From contig MU008186.1 in assembly GCA_010909165.1 (NCBI GenBank), positions 620,001-684,000 on the forward strand: a stretch of 64,000 bases of DNA, in the 5' to 3' direction. Shown in pieces: positions 1 through 10,843 of this stretch. The position numbers and the translations under genes were made by a program. Every line of letters starts with the position of its first letter. The first letter of the stretch is position 1. Under the pieces are notes generated by a model that saw only the letters and a list, made by a program, of their open reading frames with translations, was not told where the DNA came from and ran no database searches. The DNA is from Anthoceros angustus (taxonomy: Eukaryota; Plantae; Anthocerotophyta).

Positions 1-1452
1 GGATGTACACGCATACTTTCTTTGACGATGGCTTGAAGATAGGGTAGATTCGAAATGTCCGATTCCTGCAGCCTGCGGTCTCGCCCAACTGCTAAGTCAA
101 GCTCCTTGTGAGCCCGTTTCATAACCTCAGGGTTGCGGATAACCTCTGCCATAGCCCACTCCATGGTTACTGCAGAGGTGTCCACTCCAGCACCGATCAA
201 ATCCTGCAGCAGAGAAACAACATGATACAACATCCCCGAATTCGAAAGGTTCTGGAAGCACGAATGCCTGCTTACAACCACTGAGGTACATTCTTGAGTT
301 GTTCAGGTATGTTGTGCATCAACTCACAAGTATTAGCCCTTTGATCACCATGTCGGAGTTGGGTACAGCTCTCTCCTCAGCCGGCAGCGAAAGCAGCACA
401 TCCATGAAGTCCTGCTCTGCTTCTGCTTTCTCCTGCACCGCGTTCTGCTTTCTGTGCTCCTCCAGCTCCTTGTCCAGGAACTTGTCCAGTTTTGCGTGCA
501 AGTTGGCAATTTCCTTCTTGCGCCACCCGTCCACAAATGCCAGGTACCGAGAGTGATCTCCGACCATCGGGAGTCCGTACAAGCGAAAGAGCTCATTTAG
601 AGTTCGCCTGATTTCTGCACCCTCAGATTCAGAAGCCTACAAGACCACGATCAGCATTAACCCGAGGCGCGTCCAACAGCCAATCCAGAAACCATATCAC
701 AGCCATGTAGTGAGGACATGTAATTACCCAAGCCTACCTGTCGATGACCCGGATCCTGGCCAATCTGTGAGCTTCCTTGGTTGAAGAAGCGTATCCCCAT
801 GAGCTGTCTAGTCGTCAGATTCATGGTCAGAGCAGAGAGCTTCTCCTTCAAATCGACACCCACATCCCTGGCAGTGTCATCCAAAATGGAGCGAACCATA
901 CCAGACATTTCCTGCTCCTGGCAGCTCCAAACTGCTGTATCCGCCTCTGAGTGAGGAGCTCAAGAGTAGCCACCTTCCTAAAATGGGTTCAGCACGGTTC
1001 AGCATTTGCTAAGGTCATTCCAGTCCTTCTGAGACGTGCAAGCAGAAAACAGACCTGAGGTATCTCCAGCGCGGCCCGTAAGGGCGCCGCCAATCGACCC
1101 TTCAACGAACCCCATTCCTCCACGGCTGTGAAGCGAGGTCGAGAAGCAAAATTCCGGTCCTGATTCTTGAGCACATCGCAGGCCAGGTCCGGGGACGAGA
1201 TGAGCAGCATCGACCTCCTGCCAGCCTGAGATGCAGAATTGGTCCGTACTGCTCTGCCAATCTATGCATCTCACGGTGAGGATGAGAAGAATCCAGAAAC
1301 AGCTGCAGGTGCCCAATCAGGGGCCAAGAGGGGGGTTCCGGTGGCGGATTCAATTTGGCCCTAGCCTTGGGCTTTTGCATCCATGGAACCAATACCAACA
1401 CTGCCGCAACGCCGGTCAGCAGCAGCAGCAGCAGCAGCGCGCTCAGCTCCAT
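1..1452 (-). CDS. Cytochrome P450 type A (CYP71 clan), copy 1, 3'-truncated by the window edge
   Basis: ATG at 1452 ([11 protein letters not shown] anchor, then [10 protein letters not shown]), FASRP, RWRYLR|[26 protein letters not shown]-helix and KESMRVHP at the window start. GT-AG introns. Near-identical to 18395-19865, with homopolymer indels. Confidence 0.88.
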
Positions 1453-1989
1453 TCTTCGCCACAAACTACCTTACACACTACCTTACACAAACTACCTTTC
1501 ACAGCCTTTACAGAAGCTCCTTGGGAATCTGAATCCTTTTTGCGTGCAGCAAACGCAGACTCTTGTTTGTCGTTCTGCCCTCTATCCCAGGAGAGGAGAC
1601 ATTTTTGGGGAGGCTCACAAGTGGACACTATAAATGCGACGTTCCTCCTGGGCCGATGCAAACACCATGCCCATACATAGCCAACATGTCCCCATCCGGG
1701 GACTGTGCGGCTGGATAGCGGGCCACAAGAATAAGAAGACGCCGACTATCGTCCAGTTGGGCGGAAGAACGTGGGCTCTCGTTGGAGAACACGCCACAAC
1801 ATGAGAAGAGCTATAAGATGAGAGTCTTGACTTTGGTACCAGAGCGACATAAAAAGGGACCTGGGTTTTCGTGCCGGCCGGATATGGTAGTGTATCTGTG
1901 CAATTTGTTCTTTCTTGCCTACCCATACCAGATTCCCACCAGGCTGTCAGTTTGACTGAGTACACAGTCTGTCAATCAGGCCAGGCGGC

Positions 1990-2270
1990 CTGTTTGCACC
2001 ATAGAAACGATGATGGATATGTACGAATATGAACCCAGGTGTACGCAATCGTCTCACAATGAGGCAGACCAAGCTAGTGTTGTATGACCATCCTCACAAG
2101 CATTCCACGGCACCACATACTGTGTGGCTAAGCTGTCAAAAACTCAGCGTGCCGCCTTTAGTTTGCCAAATTTCAACAGGGAGTTGCCCACCACAACGTT
2201 ACGTAGGAATCCTCTTTCGTCGTTTGAGAACATGAATGACATCAGGCTTTGGTGTGCCACCCCAACACCC
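1990..2270 (-). pseudogene. Degenerate PPR gene fragment
   Basis: Similar to the clearer PPR debris at 3800-4250 (tgtggctaagctgtcaaaaactc; gggagttgccca). No intact ORF. Confidence 0.4.
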
Positions 2271-2439
2271 TGTACAGATGGAGGTAGTGCTCACACGACT
2301 TGCCAAAGTCGCCTGCAGACACTCTCCTCCTCCTGATGCTCAGCTGCGTGTCCTCATGACTTCTCTGCACCCAGCCTTCTGGTCTCCGAGGCTGCAGTCA
2401 CTCTCAGGTTGCGAGGCTTCGGCATGCCTTGGTTTGCAG

Positions 2440-3165
2440 ACTGCTTGAACCTCATGTGCCACACGCTGATGTTCCCATTCTGATAGCCAGTCACATACCA
2501 GTTGGTTTCCATCCAGTCTGACAGCTGAGGACTGGTGATGGGACACCATGGAATCAGAAAGCTGGTCGGACGTGTCTATTGCTGGCAAACATTCACCATT
2601 TATGCTCCACACGCATAGAGTACTGCCCGCTGCAGTCGCCACTTCTCCTGTCATGTCATTCACATGAAGAGCGGAGGGAGGGACTGGCAGCTCCGGAAGG
2701 CTCATTCATGGAGTCGATATCCACAGCCCCTTCATACGTCAGATAGAAGAACATATTTATTGCATCCACTGCTGCCTTCCAATGAAGGACACATGTTAGG
2801 ATGAAGGTCACGCCACAATGCAGCAGGCACATATTCATAACATTGCAAGACACGAAGTGATTGGCACACACAAACACCCGTGTCACAGCTAGCACCTTGG
2901 CCCGTTGCTCGTAGCCGAATATCAGGTCAATCCAGGGTGGCAGAATGACAACCTCAACCTACAAAAGAGAGTGAGCTAACTGGGTAAGAAACTTAGAACA
3001 TCAGCGAATATGATGACTTCAAGCAGCAGCCACAATGTTCCATCAAGTTGCCAAGCCAATTACCTCTCCCTGATTGCTGGTCCCAAAGTCAAAACCAAAA
3101 CGGTTTCGAAAAATTCCGAAGGTAAAAGAACTCCGGGATGAGTTCCTTCACATCACACAGTGTCG
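2440..3165 (-). pseudogene. SPI: SPIRRIG-like BEACH/WD40 gene fragment (internally deleted), copy 1
   Basis: BEACH motifs DVKELIPEFFYLPEF, WIDLIFGYEQRAK and AAVDAINMFFYLTYEGAVDID. C-terminal WD40 motifs LPELPVPPSALHVNDMTGEVATAAG..VWSINGECL and SDWMETNWYVTGYQNG. Introns are retained. Confidence 0.8.
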
Positions 3166-3539
3166 CCATGACTGGCACTCATCCAGGTATAACGTAGGCT
3201 CCGGCATCAGAGACGCCCGCTGTAGTAGTCTCCACCTGTGTAGGAGATGAACCGTGAATATTTGCTGGCAAACTGTGTCCCAATTGCAAATGGCATTGGG
3301 CTGCATGGGTTTCCACTGCTTGGTCCCAACCCTCCAGCCCACCGACCGGCCCTAAAACCAAGTCCATTTTCCTTGCAGCATCAGCCAGGGCCTGAATTCT
3401 TCCGTGGTATACAAAACCGCCTTTTCTACGCACGCCTTTGCTATCTCTGCACCTACTCTCTTGGCGGCCTCCTGACAAGCAGCATGTCAAATCACATTAG
3501 CCTAATAAAACAAGGGCAGGCACGGCACAGAAACAACCA

Positions 3540-4260
3540 TCACGCCATCCACAGCCACTCACAATCGTAGGCCCGGCAGACACCTATGAGAACATGTGCA
3601 GGCGCCTGCTGGGGGTCCAGACTAACAATGCTTTCAAAGCACCACATGGCCCTCTCTCTATATCCCCATGACCTTTTGCAAGCATTCAACAAAGTCGTCA
3701 AGCCCACAACATTACTTTGGCCTTCACATGATAACAGCATCTCCCCTGCCTCATCTAAATGGCCTGCAAGAAGATGAATCATGGAGATGTAATGCTCAAT
3801 AGTTGGTACCATGCTGTTCAGCCATGGAATCAAAATGTTTCCATGTCACCACATCCTTTGTGGCCAAGCTGTCAGAAACCCGGAGTGCATTTCTAGTTCA
3901 CCACATTTGGCATACAAGTCCACCAGGGAGTTGCCCAACACTATGCCATCCAACAGTCCTCTATCAAGAATCCGTGCGTGCAGCTGCATGCCGTTCTGTA
4001 CGGCACCGTGCCTGGCCTTCAGAAGGCAAGCACAAGTAAAGATATGTAGTCAGCCAAAATGAGGCATTCTTGCTCCAATTGTCCGTACAGAACAAGCGCC
4101 TGTTGGCAAGTCCTTGCTGCGCATACCAAGCAATCGACACCGTCAATGTCACCACATCTTTCGTGGATACCAAGCAATCAACACCGTCCATGTCACCACA
4201 TCTTTCGTGGCCAAGCTGTCGAAAACCTGGCAAGAGACCGGACACAAACGTAACCTACCA
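3540..4260 (-). pseudogene. PLS/E-class PPR gene fragment, copy 1
   Basis: QVFDSLATKDVVTW and DVVTLTVSIAWYAQQG PPR motifs. E-domain-like PTIEHYISMIHLLAGHLDEA..LLNACK. Multiple frameshifts. Confidence 0.7.
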
Positions 4261-4277
4261 GGTTGGCTGTTGTAAAC

Positions 4278-4452
4278 CATGAGGTCCAAATGGCTTAGGC
4301 CGAATGGACACACATTTATAAGAACCTGACTGTTAAGCATCCTACGCTTCGATGGATACTTAGATGGGGTGCCTAGAAAGGGGAGTGGATGGCCTTGGTG
4401 CTAGTAGCTTAGCCACACCATGGTACAAGTTGTTAAGCACCTCGTCTCATGA
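4278..4452. repeat. Arm of ~170-bp inverted repeat (partner 5965-6150); same family as the MITE-like element at 44554-44941
   Basis: ...cacaccatggtacaagttgttaagcac at ~4414-4440 is the reverse complement of gtacttaacaacttgtaccatggtgtg at ~5977-6003. Confidence 0.75.
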
Positions 4453-4699
4453 CAACCTCAAAATTTCATCCTAATGAACTGTAATATATTTTTTTTTCTA
4501 CTCAAGTGGAGGAGGGAAATCTCAAGTGAATGAAGGGAATGCATAGACTTTATATAGAAAGAAAAGAGATGGAAAGAGGGAAATGTATTCAAGTGAATGA
4601 GGGGAATGGAGAGACTTTATACGAAAAGAAAAGAGATGGAAAGAACATGATCTACACCCAAAAAAAGGGGTCAACCCAACAAAGGTTCACCAGGCCAAG

Positions 4700-5225
4700 G
4701 GGGACTATCTCCCGCGATAGCCTTTTCAAAACTACCTCATCTAAGAAACTCGTGATCGGGATAAGAAAGGGCCTACTTACCACCGCCATCGAAGAAGCCG
4801 CCTCCCCTGCGCTAGTCGCTGTCTTGTACCCCGCGTTCGCCAATGTTCTTTGCAGGGCAATGGACATCCGTTGCCTGAAGAAAGATACAATACAAGAAAA
4901 GGGGAGACCAACCGCATTCCTGCGATTGTAGTAAGGCTTAGCGCAGGCCTTGAGGAACTTCGAGAAGTCCAGACCCATGGCCACGTGAGTTTCGATTAAG
5001 TTGAATATAGGGTAAAAATTAATTAGCTAGTTTTACCTTCTACAGCCGATTCACACACCGGCCATATACTGGTCAAACGAAGATTGTCCCACCGTAACCC
5101 CGAACACCACAACAACTTGTAATCGCCACATACGGCCGGTCATACAAATAATTGTCCCACCAAAACCTCCAAACACCTCAACAACCAAGTAGTCTCCTTG
5201 ACTATCTAGCGAACCGGGATGACAA
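4700..5225 (-). mobile_element. Fragment of the RLE-domain C-terminus of a CRE-like non-LTR retrotransposon, copy 1
   Basis: Minus-strand translation FYPIFNLIETHVAMGLDFSKFL...SFFRQRMSIALQRTLA resembles the F.P...ET.G..G....FL...QR(I/L)S(V/I)ALQRGNA terminus of CRE-clade restriction-like endonucleases. Recalled motif, not searched. Confidence 0.45.
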
Positions 5226-5232
5226 TACCACC

Positions 5233-5473
5233 CGAGAGGATTATGGGGAGGCGGTGAGATGATGAAGAAGATGACTCTCATTCCCTTCCAAATTGGGAGA
5301 GGGATATGCTGCACAAGCTTGGTGAGGTCATGGTGAGGATTATGGGGAGCAGAGCTGAGGAGATGATGAAGAAGATGACTCTCATTCCCTTCCGAATTGG
5401 GAAAGAAATATGCCTGGGTACAAGCTTGGTGAGGTCATGGTTCGCTACGTGCTGGCTCAATTAATTCACAGCT
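5233..5473 (+). pseudogene. Two tandem fragments of P450 type B exon 4 (heme-binding region), copy 1
   Basis: ERIMGSRAEEMMKKMTLIPFRIGKEICLG parallels type B ERFMGSKAEEMMRKMAFTPFGIGKRMCPG. Duplicated with ~100-bp spacing. Confidence 0.7.
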
Positions 5474-5860
5474 ACGAGAATTGCACAAGGATGAATTGCT
5501 AGGTGGGGTCATTCACTGCCCCAGGCCTATGCACGTCAATTAATTCACAGCTACGAGAACTGCACAAGGATGAATTGCTAGGTGGGGTCATTCACTGCCC
5601 CAGGCCTATGCACGAGGGCGAGGGTGACACGCACAAATCAAGAAATCATTCAAATTTTTAATATAATAATAAATAATAACTTTATTTCTTAAAAAATAAA
5701 AATAAATTATCAGCATATGATGTTTTGAAGATCTTGTGAGAGCAAGGTCAAAAATGGTATTGGAACCCATATTGGTAGAGGCTAATCATCAAGCTTGCGT
5801 GAGAGCAAGGTCAAAAATGGTATTGGAACCCATATTGGTAGAGGCTAATCATCAAGCTTG
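5458..5860. repeat. Short direct tandem duplications (~79 bp x2 at 5458-5614; ~63 bp x2 at 5736-5860)
   Basis: caattaattcacagctacgagaa...gcctatgcacg occurs twice; gtgagagcaaggtc...catcaagcttg occurs twice. Confidence 0.8.
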
Positions 5861-5964
5861 CACCTTTGAGACCAACTTAACCTGTGTTACACCTCGCGCG
5901 CCCGAGTCGCCCCCATAGAAGAAGAAGAAGAATTTTATTTAAGTCCACTAAGGACGGATTTCCG

Positions 5965-6150
5965 TCATGGGACTTGGTACTTAACAACTTGTACCATGGT
6001 GTGCCTAAGCTACTTGCACCAAGGGCATCCACTCCCTATAGGCACCCATCTAAGTACCGATCCAAGCTCGGGATGCTTAATCACGCGTTTTATAAATGTG
6101 TGCACGTTCTTATAAATGTGTGTCCATTTGGCCTAGGCCATTTGGACATA
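5965..6150. repeat. Second arm of the inverted repeat (partner 4278-4452)
   Basis: Reverse complement of 4278-4452. Confidence 0.75.
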
Positions 6151-6750
6151 GGAATAGACAGACTTTTTAATAGAACTGGATTGCCCAGTGAACAAGCAAG
6201 AGTCGCAAGTATGCGTTTGTGCATGGGGCACAAGCTAGGCCTACCCTATGGTGCATGTTTATGCATGAATAGAGTGGATTAGTATGTATAACTATTTATA
6301 TAATTATATAAAATATATATGTTATATATTATTATTATTATTATAATATTGTAGGTGTAAATATATTATTTGATATAATTTAATATAATAAAGAAACGCC
6401 TTATGGGCCTTTTACACACTATGAGAAATAGGTAAGAGGCTAAGTTAGCGAAACATCCAAGAGATATGTCATATTGGGAATGACCATAAAATCTTCCGAG
6501 ATGTAATGACTTCGTTCCTAATGACTTGCTCCTATGGATGAGGAGACCGATCTCCTTTAGAAGTGTGAGTTTTGAACTACCCACCTAATAGCAATATGAC
6601 ATTTGACAATTAGGCACGAGCATAGACTCTTATTGGGAAAGTTAGAAAATCTAGAACCACAAAATTCTCCGAGATGTAATGATATAGTTCCAACGGATGA
6701 GCATGTAGGACTCTTTTGTGTGAGTTATAGACTAGGTACCCACCTAATCC

Positions 6751-7507
6751 AGGGAAGGAGGGAAGGAAGGAGGGAAGGAAGGAGGGAAGGAAGGAGGAAG
6801 GAAGGAGGGAAGGAAGGAGGGAAGGAAGGAGGGAAGGAAGGAGGGAAGGAAGGAGGAAGGAAGGAGGGAAGGAAGGAGGGAAGGAAGGAGGAAGGAAGGA
6901 GGGAAGGAAGGAGGGAAGGAAGGAGGGAAGGAAGGAGGGAAGGAAGGAGGGAAGGAAGGAGGGAAGGAAGGAGGGAAGGAAGGAGGGAAGGAAGGAGGGA
7001 AGGAAGGAGGGAAGGAAGGAGGGAAGGAAGGAGGGAAGGAAGGAGGGAAGGAAGGAGGGAAGGAAGGAGGGAAGGAAGGAGGGAAGGAAGGAGGGAAGGA
7101 AGGAGGGAAGGAAGGAGGAAGGAAGGAGGGAAGGAGGGAAGGAAGGAGGGAAGGAAGGAGGGAAGGAAGGAGGGAAGGAAGGAGGAAGGAAGGAGGAAGG
7201 AAGGAGGGAAGGAAGGAGGGAAGGAAGGAGGGAAGGAAGGAGGGAAGGAAGGAGGGAAGGAGGGAAGGAGGGAAGGAAGGAGGGAAGGAAGGAGGGAAGG
7301 AAGGAGGGAAGGAAGGAGGGAAGGAAGGAGGAAGGAAGGAGGAAGGAAGGAGGGAAGGAAGGAGGGAAGGAAGGAGGGAAGGAAGGAGGGAAGGAAGGAG
7401 GAAGGAAGGAGGGAAGGAAGGAGGGAAGGAAGGAGGGAAGGAAGGAGGGAAGGAAGGAGGGAAGGAAGGAGGGAAGGAAGGAGGGAAGGAAGGAGGGAAA
7501 AAAGGAA
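6751..7507 (+). repeat. Pure-purine (GGAAGGAAGGAG)n microsatellite, copy 1
   Basis: About 750 bp containing only G and A, mainly with a 12-bp period. The 333-aa ORF over it is an artefact. Confidence 0.97.
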
Positions 7508-7526
7508 CCTATTAATTTATTGCACC

Positions 7527-7533
7527 TATAAAA
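7527..7533 (+). promoter_or_regulatory. Candidate TATA box of P450 B1
   Basis: cctataaaaa ~155 bp upstream of the ATG at 7682. Confidence 0.4.
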
Positions 7534-7681
7534 AAAACACAGCCGAGTGTCCCGGATACTTACGCGATCTTGTCATCTGGCTACGTGTGAGTGGATTCAG
7601 ATAGTCCTGATGGTGCCACCGGCCTCGCCGTTTACAAATTTGATGAATCCACACCCTTTTTGCTGCTGCGGAGAGTCTTGA

Positions 7682-9666
7682 ATGGCGTTCGCCGGATTGA
7701 GTTGGAGTGTGGAGGATTGGGTGGTGATTGGCGTCGTCACCCTGGTTGCGTCGTGCTTGGCACTGCATTTTCTGCAGGCCAAGCGGAGCAGGCAGTATCG
7801 GTTGCCCCCGGGACCTCCCAAATGGCCGATTGTGGGCAACCTCCCGCAGCTGGCCAAAGCCGGCAAGATGCCCCACCAGGTCACCATGGAGCTGGCCAAG
7901 ACTTACGGCCCTGTAATGCTGCTCAAGCTCGGCGTCTCCAACGTGCTGTACATCACCGACCCCAAGATTGCCGAAGACTGCCTCAAAGGTTCAGTGTTCG
8001 TCAACAGGCCCAAGGTTGCAGCCAATTCGTACTTGAACTACGGCGACGCGCATTCTGGTAGAAATTCGGCTGTGGTACTGAAGCCTGTAGTTGTTGAAAG
8101 GTAGTTGGGTAGGGGACGACGCTTACAGAACAGAGCTTTTGGGTTTGGTTGCAGCTGTGGTTCCGTGTGGGGAGTACTGGAGGCTTGTGAAGAAGCTGGT
8201 GCACACGGAGCTGCTCAGCAGCAGCAGGCTGCAGCAGTTTGAGGATTGAGGGCGGAGGAGACTCAGGCAACAGTTCGGGAGGTGTTGGAGGCTTCCAAGG
8301 GGAATGTTGCAGTGCGTGTGCGTAGGAATCTGAACTATTTGATGATGAATAACATCACTCGGATGACGATGAGCAAGAAGTTCGGCTTGCCGGCAGCAGG
8401 GGAGGAGGGCGGCGGTGGGCGGTCTGAAGCCAAGGATTGGGTAGACTCCATTGATGAGATCTTTGAGTTGTACTTGAACCCTATGATGGAGGATATTGTC
8501 CCTGCTCTTGCCTGGGTGGATGCGGTGTCAGGCTTACGGAGCAGGATGCGGAAGCTACTTGTCAATCTGGATACGATTCTCCAAGGAACGCTGGATGGAC
8601 GGAAGCAGGATCTGCTGGACAACACAAGAACCGAGAATGAGACTCAGGACTTTTGGATGTGATGCTGCTGAGTGACGGTGGACAGGCTCTGGTGAGAGAT
8701 CAATTAAAGCTACTATCATGGTACTCTATGCACTGCACAAGTGCGCTAGAGCGTTTGCCTTGTGTGGACTTTGTTTTGAAATGTTGCAAGACTTTTTGTC
8801 AGGCTCTAATGATGTCTCGCACCATGCAGGATTTGGTGGGTGCTGGGACAGAGACATCTGCCTCTACCACGGAATGGGCTCTGTCAGAGCTTGTTGCTAA
8901 TCCAGACATCATGAAGAAGGCTCAGCAAGAGGTAGACCAAGTGGTGGGTACGGAACGAGTGGTGAGGGAATCAGATGTAGAAAACATGCCTTACCTTCGG
9001 GCCGTGGTTCGAGAAACAATCAGACTACGCCTTGGACCATGGGGTCTTCCACGAAGTAGTGCTGTGGAGTCCCAGGTAATTACTATTGTGCTTCCTTTAA
9101 ATTCCTTGGATGATACTGCGCTAGCACACTGTTTGGATTTCATTGCAGCATTACAAGTAGCTTACCATGGTCCTTCCCGTAAATTCCTTGCTCCAAGCTT
9201 CAGGGATGATAACAGGCTAGTAGCACATTGTTTGGATTTCATTGCAAGATTACCGGTAGCTGAACATTGACACCAATCCGTACGACACGCAGGTTCAAGG
9301 ATATGATATTCCTGCCGATTGCACACTGATGGTCCAGATGTGGGCCATGGGTCGGGACCCAGCCATCTGGGAGGACCCTTTAAAGTTCGACCCAGAGAGG
9401 TTCATGGGGAGCAAGGCCGAGGAGATGATGAGGAAGATGGCTTTCACTCCTTTCGGAATTGGGAAACGGATGTGCCGGGGTATAAGCTGGGTGCCCTCAT
9501 GGTACACTATGTGCTGGCTCGATTAATTCACAGCTTCGACTGGTCTCTTCCCGACGGAATAGGGCATGAGCAATTGGACATGGAGGAGACCTTTGGCATG
9601 ACGCTCCAGAGAAGGACGCCTCTGACAGCTTTGGTCAAGCCCAGGTTGCCACTTCATTTGTATTGA
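7682..9666 (+). CDS. Cytochrome P450 type B1, copy 1 (exons ~7682-8057, 8155-8720, 8830-9075, 9293-9666; frameshifted)
   Basis: PPGPPKWPIVGNL, WRLVKK, AGTETS I-helix, RETIRLR, FDPERF, PFGIGKRMC heme motif and PRLPLHLY*. GT-AG introns. Several 1-bp indels. Confidence 0.85.
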
Positions 9667-9855
9667 ATCCGTTGCAGCGAGCAGCGCTAGCTGTAGCGCT
9701 CATCCTCTCCACCGGAGGCTCATCAGCAGCAATTCAAGGCTCATGATGTTCATGAAACCGAGCCTTCTCAGGTGCCGAATGCGAAGTGTCGCACACACGG
9801 AGGGTCTCCGGTCTTCTCCAACTGAACATGTATTCGCCTTTGGAATCCACAGCGC

Positions 9856-10565
9856 TAGCTGGCTTGACTACTCCATACCTTCGACTTCACATCCCAACGA
9901 AACTGGGCCTGAGCAACTGGACGAGAGTCTGACCTTTGGCCTGGCGTGAAAACAGTGCAAATTCGGGATGTCCGATTCCTGCACCCTGCGACCTCTACCA
10001 CCTACAAAGTCATGCTCCTTCTGAGCCCGTTTCATAATGTCAGGGTTGCGGATCATCTCTGCCGTAACCCAACAATGGTCACTGAAGAAATGTCCACTCC
10101 AGCACCGATCAAGGCCTGCTGCAGAGAAAACCATGATATGACAACCCCGCCAGTCCAGAATTGCCAGGTACCGAGAGTGATATCCGACCAAAAGTTCTCG
10201 TTTAGCGCATTCGCTTCAGTTCTGTTCCTCAGATTCAGAAGCTCACAAAGCCAGGAAACTTTCATAGGAGAGGAACAACAGCCAATCGAGAAACTTCATC
10301 ATAACTATCTGGTGAGGACATGTAACCCAGGCTTACCTGCTGATGACCCGGATCCTGGTGTGACCCTCCTTGGTGAAAACCGTTTTCCGATCAGCCGTCC
10401 AGTCAGCAGATTCATGGGTTGGGATGATACGATGTGTAACATAGGGGAATCAGAACCCTTGCTGAAGATTTCTCCCCGGGGTTGTTTCGATTTATTTTCA
10501 AAATACCAAATTTAAAAAATCAGATTCATGGTGAGAGCAGCAAGCCTCTGGTTCAAGTTGACTAT
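9856..10565 (-). pseudogene. Collapsed type A P450 pseudogene fused to a plus-strand type B exon-4 fragment, copy 1
   Basis: Minus strand: ALIGAGVDIS, EMIRNPDIMKRAQKE and RVQESDIPNL with large deletions. Plus strand 9856-9945: NETGPEQLDESLTFGL. Confidence 0.75.
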
Positions 10566-10843
10566 GGCAAGCGGGTCAGGTGATCTTGAACAGCAATGCT
10601 TCTTTGATATCTTACCCGGATCATATGTAGCTGGATCAGACCCGGATCATGAGGGAGAAGCATTATGCTCCAAAGTCATGACAGTTGCCAAGTAAAATAT
10701 GAGTACATGTGTGTTGCGAAAGCCAGTTGTTATGGTTTACTTGACGGTCTCACTGGTTGACTGGGTCACGAATCTGGTGGAGCTAGCGACATACATAGCT
10801 TGATGCCGAGCCACACTTGCGCTGCTGTGGTGGAGAGACTGGA

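Noticed and set aside
6603-7604. 333-aa ORF rich in REGR/KEGG (and 24994-25917)
   Set aside because: Translation of a purine microsatellite that cannot contain stop codons. The reading pattern differs between the two copies.
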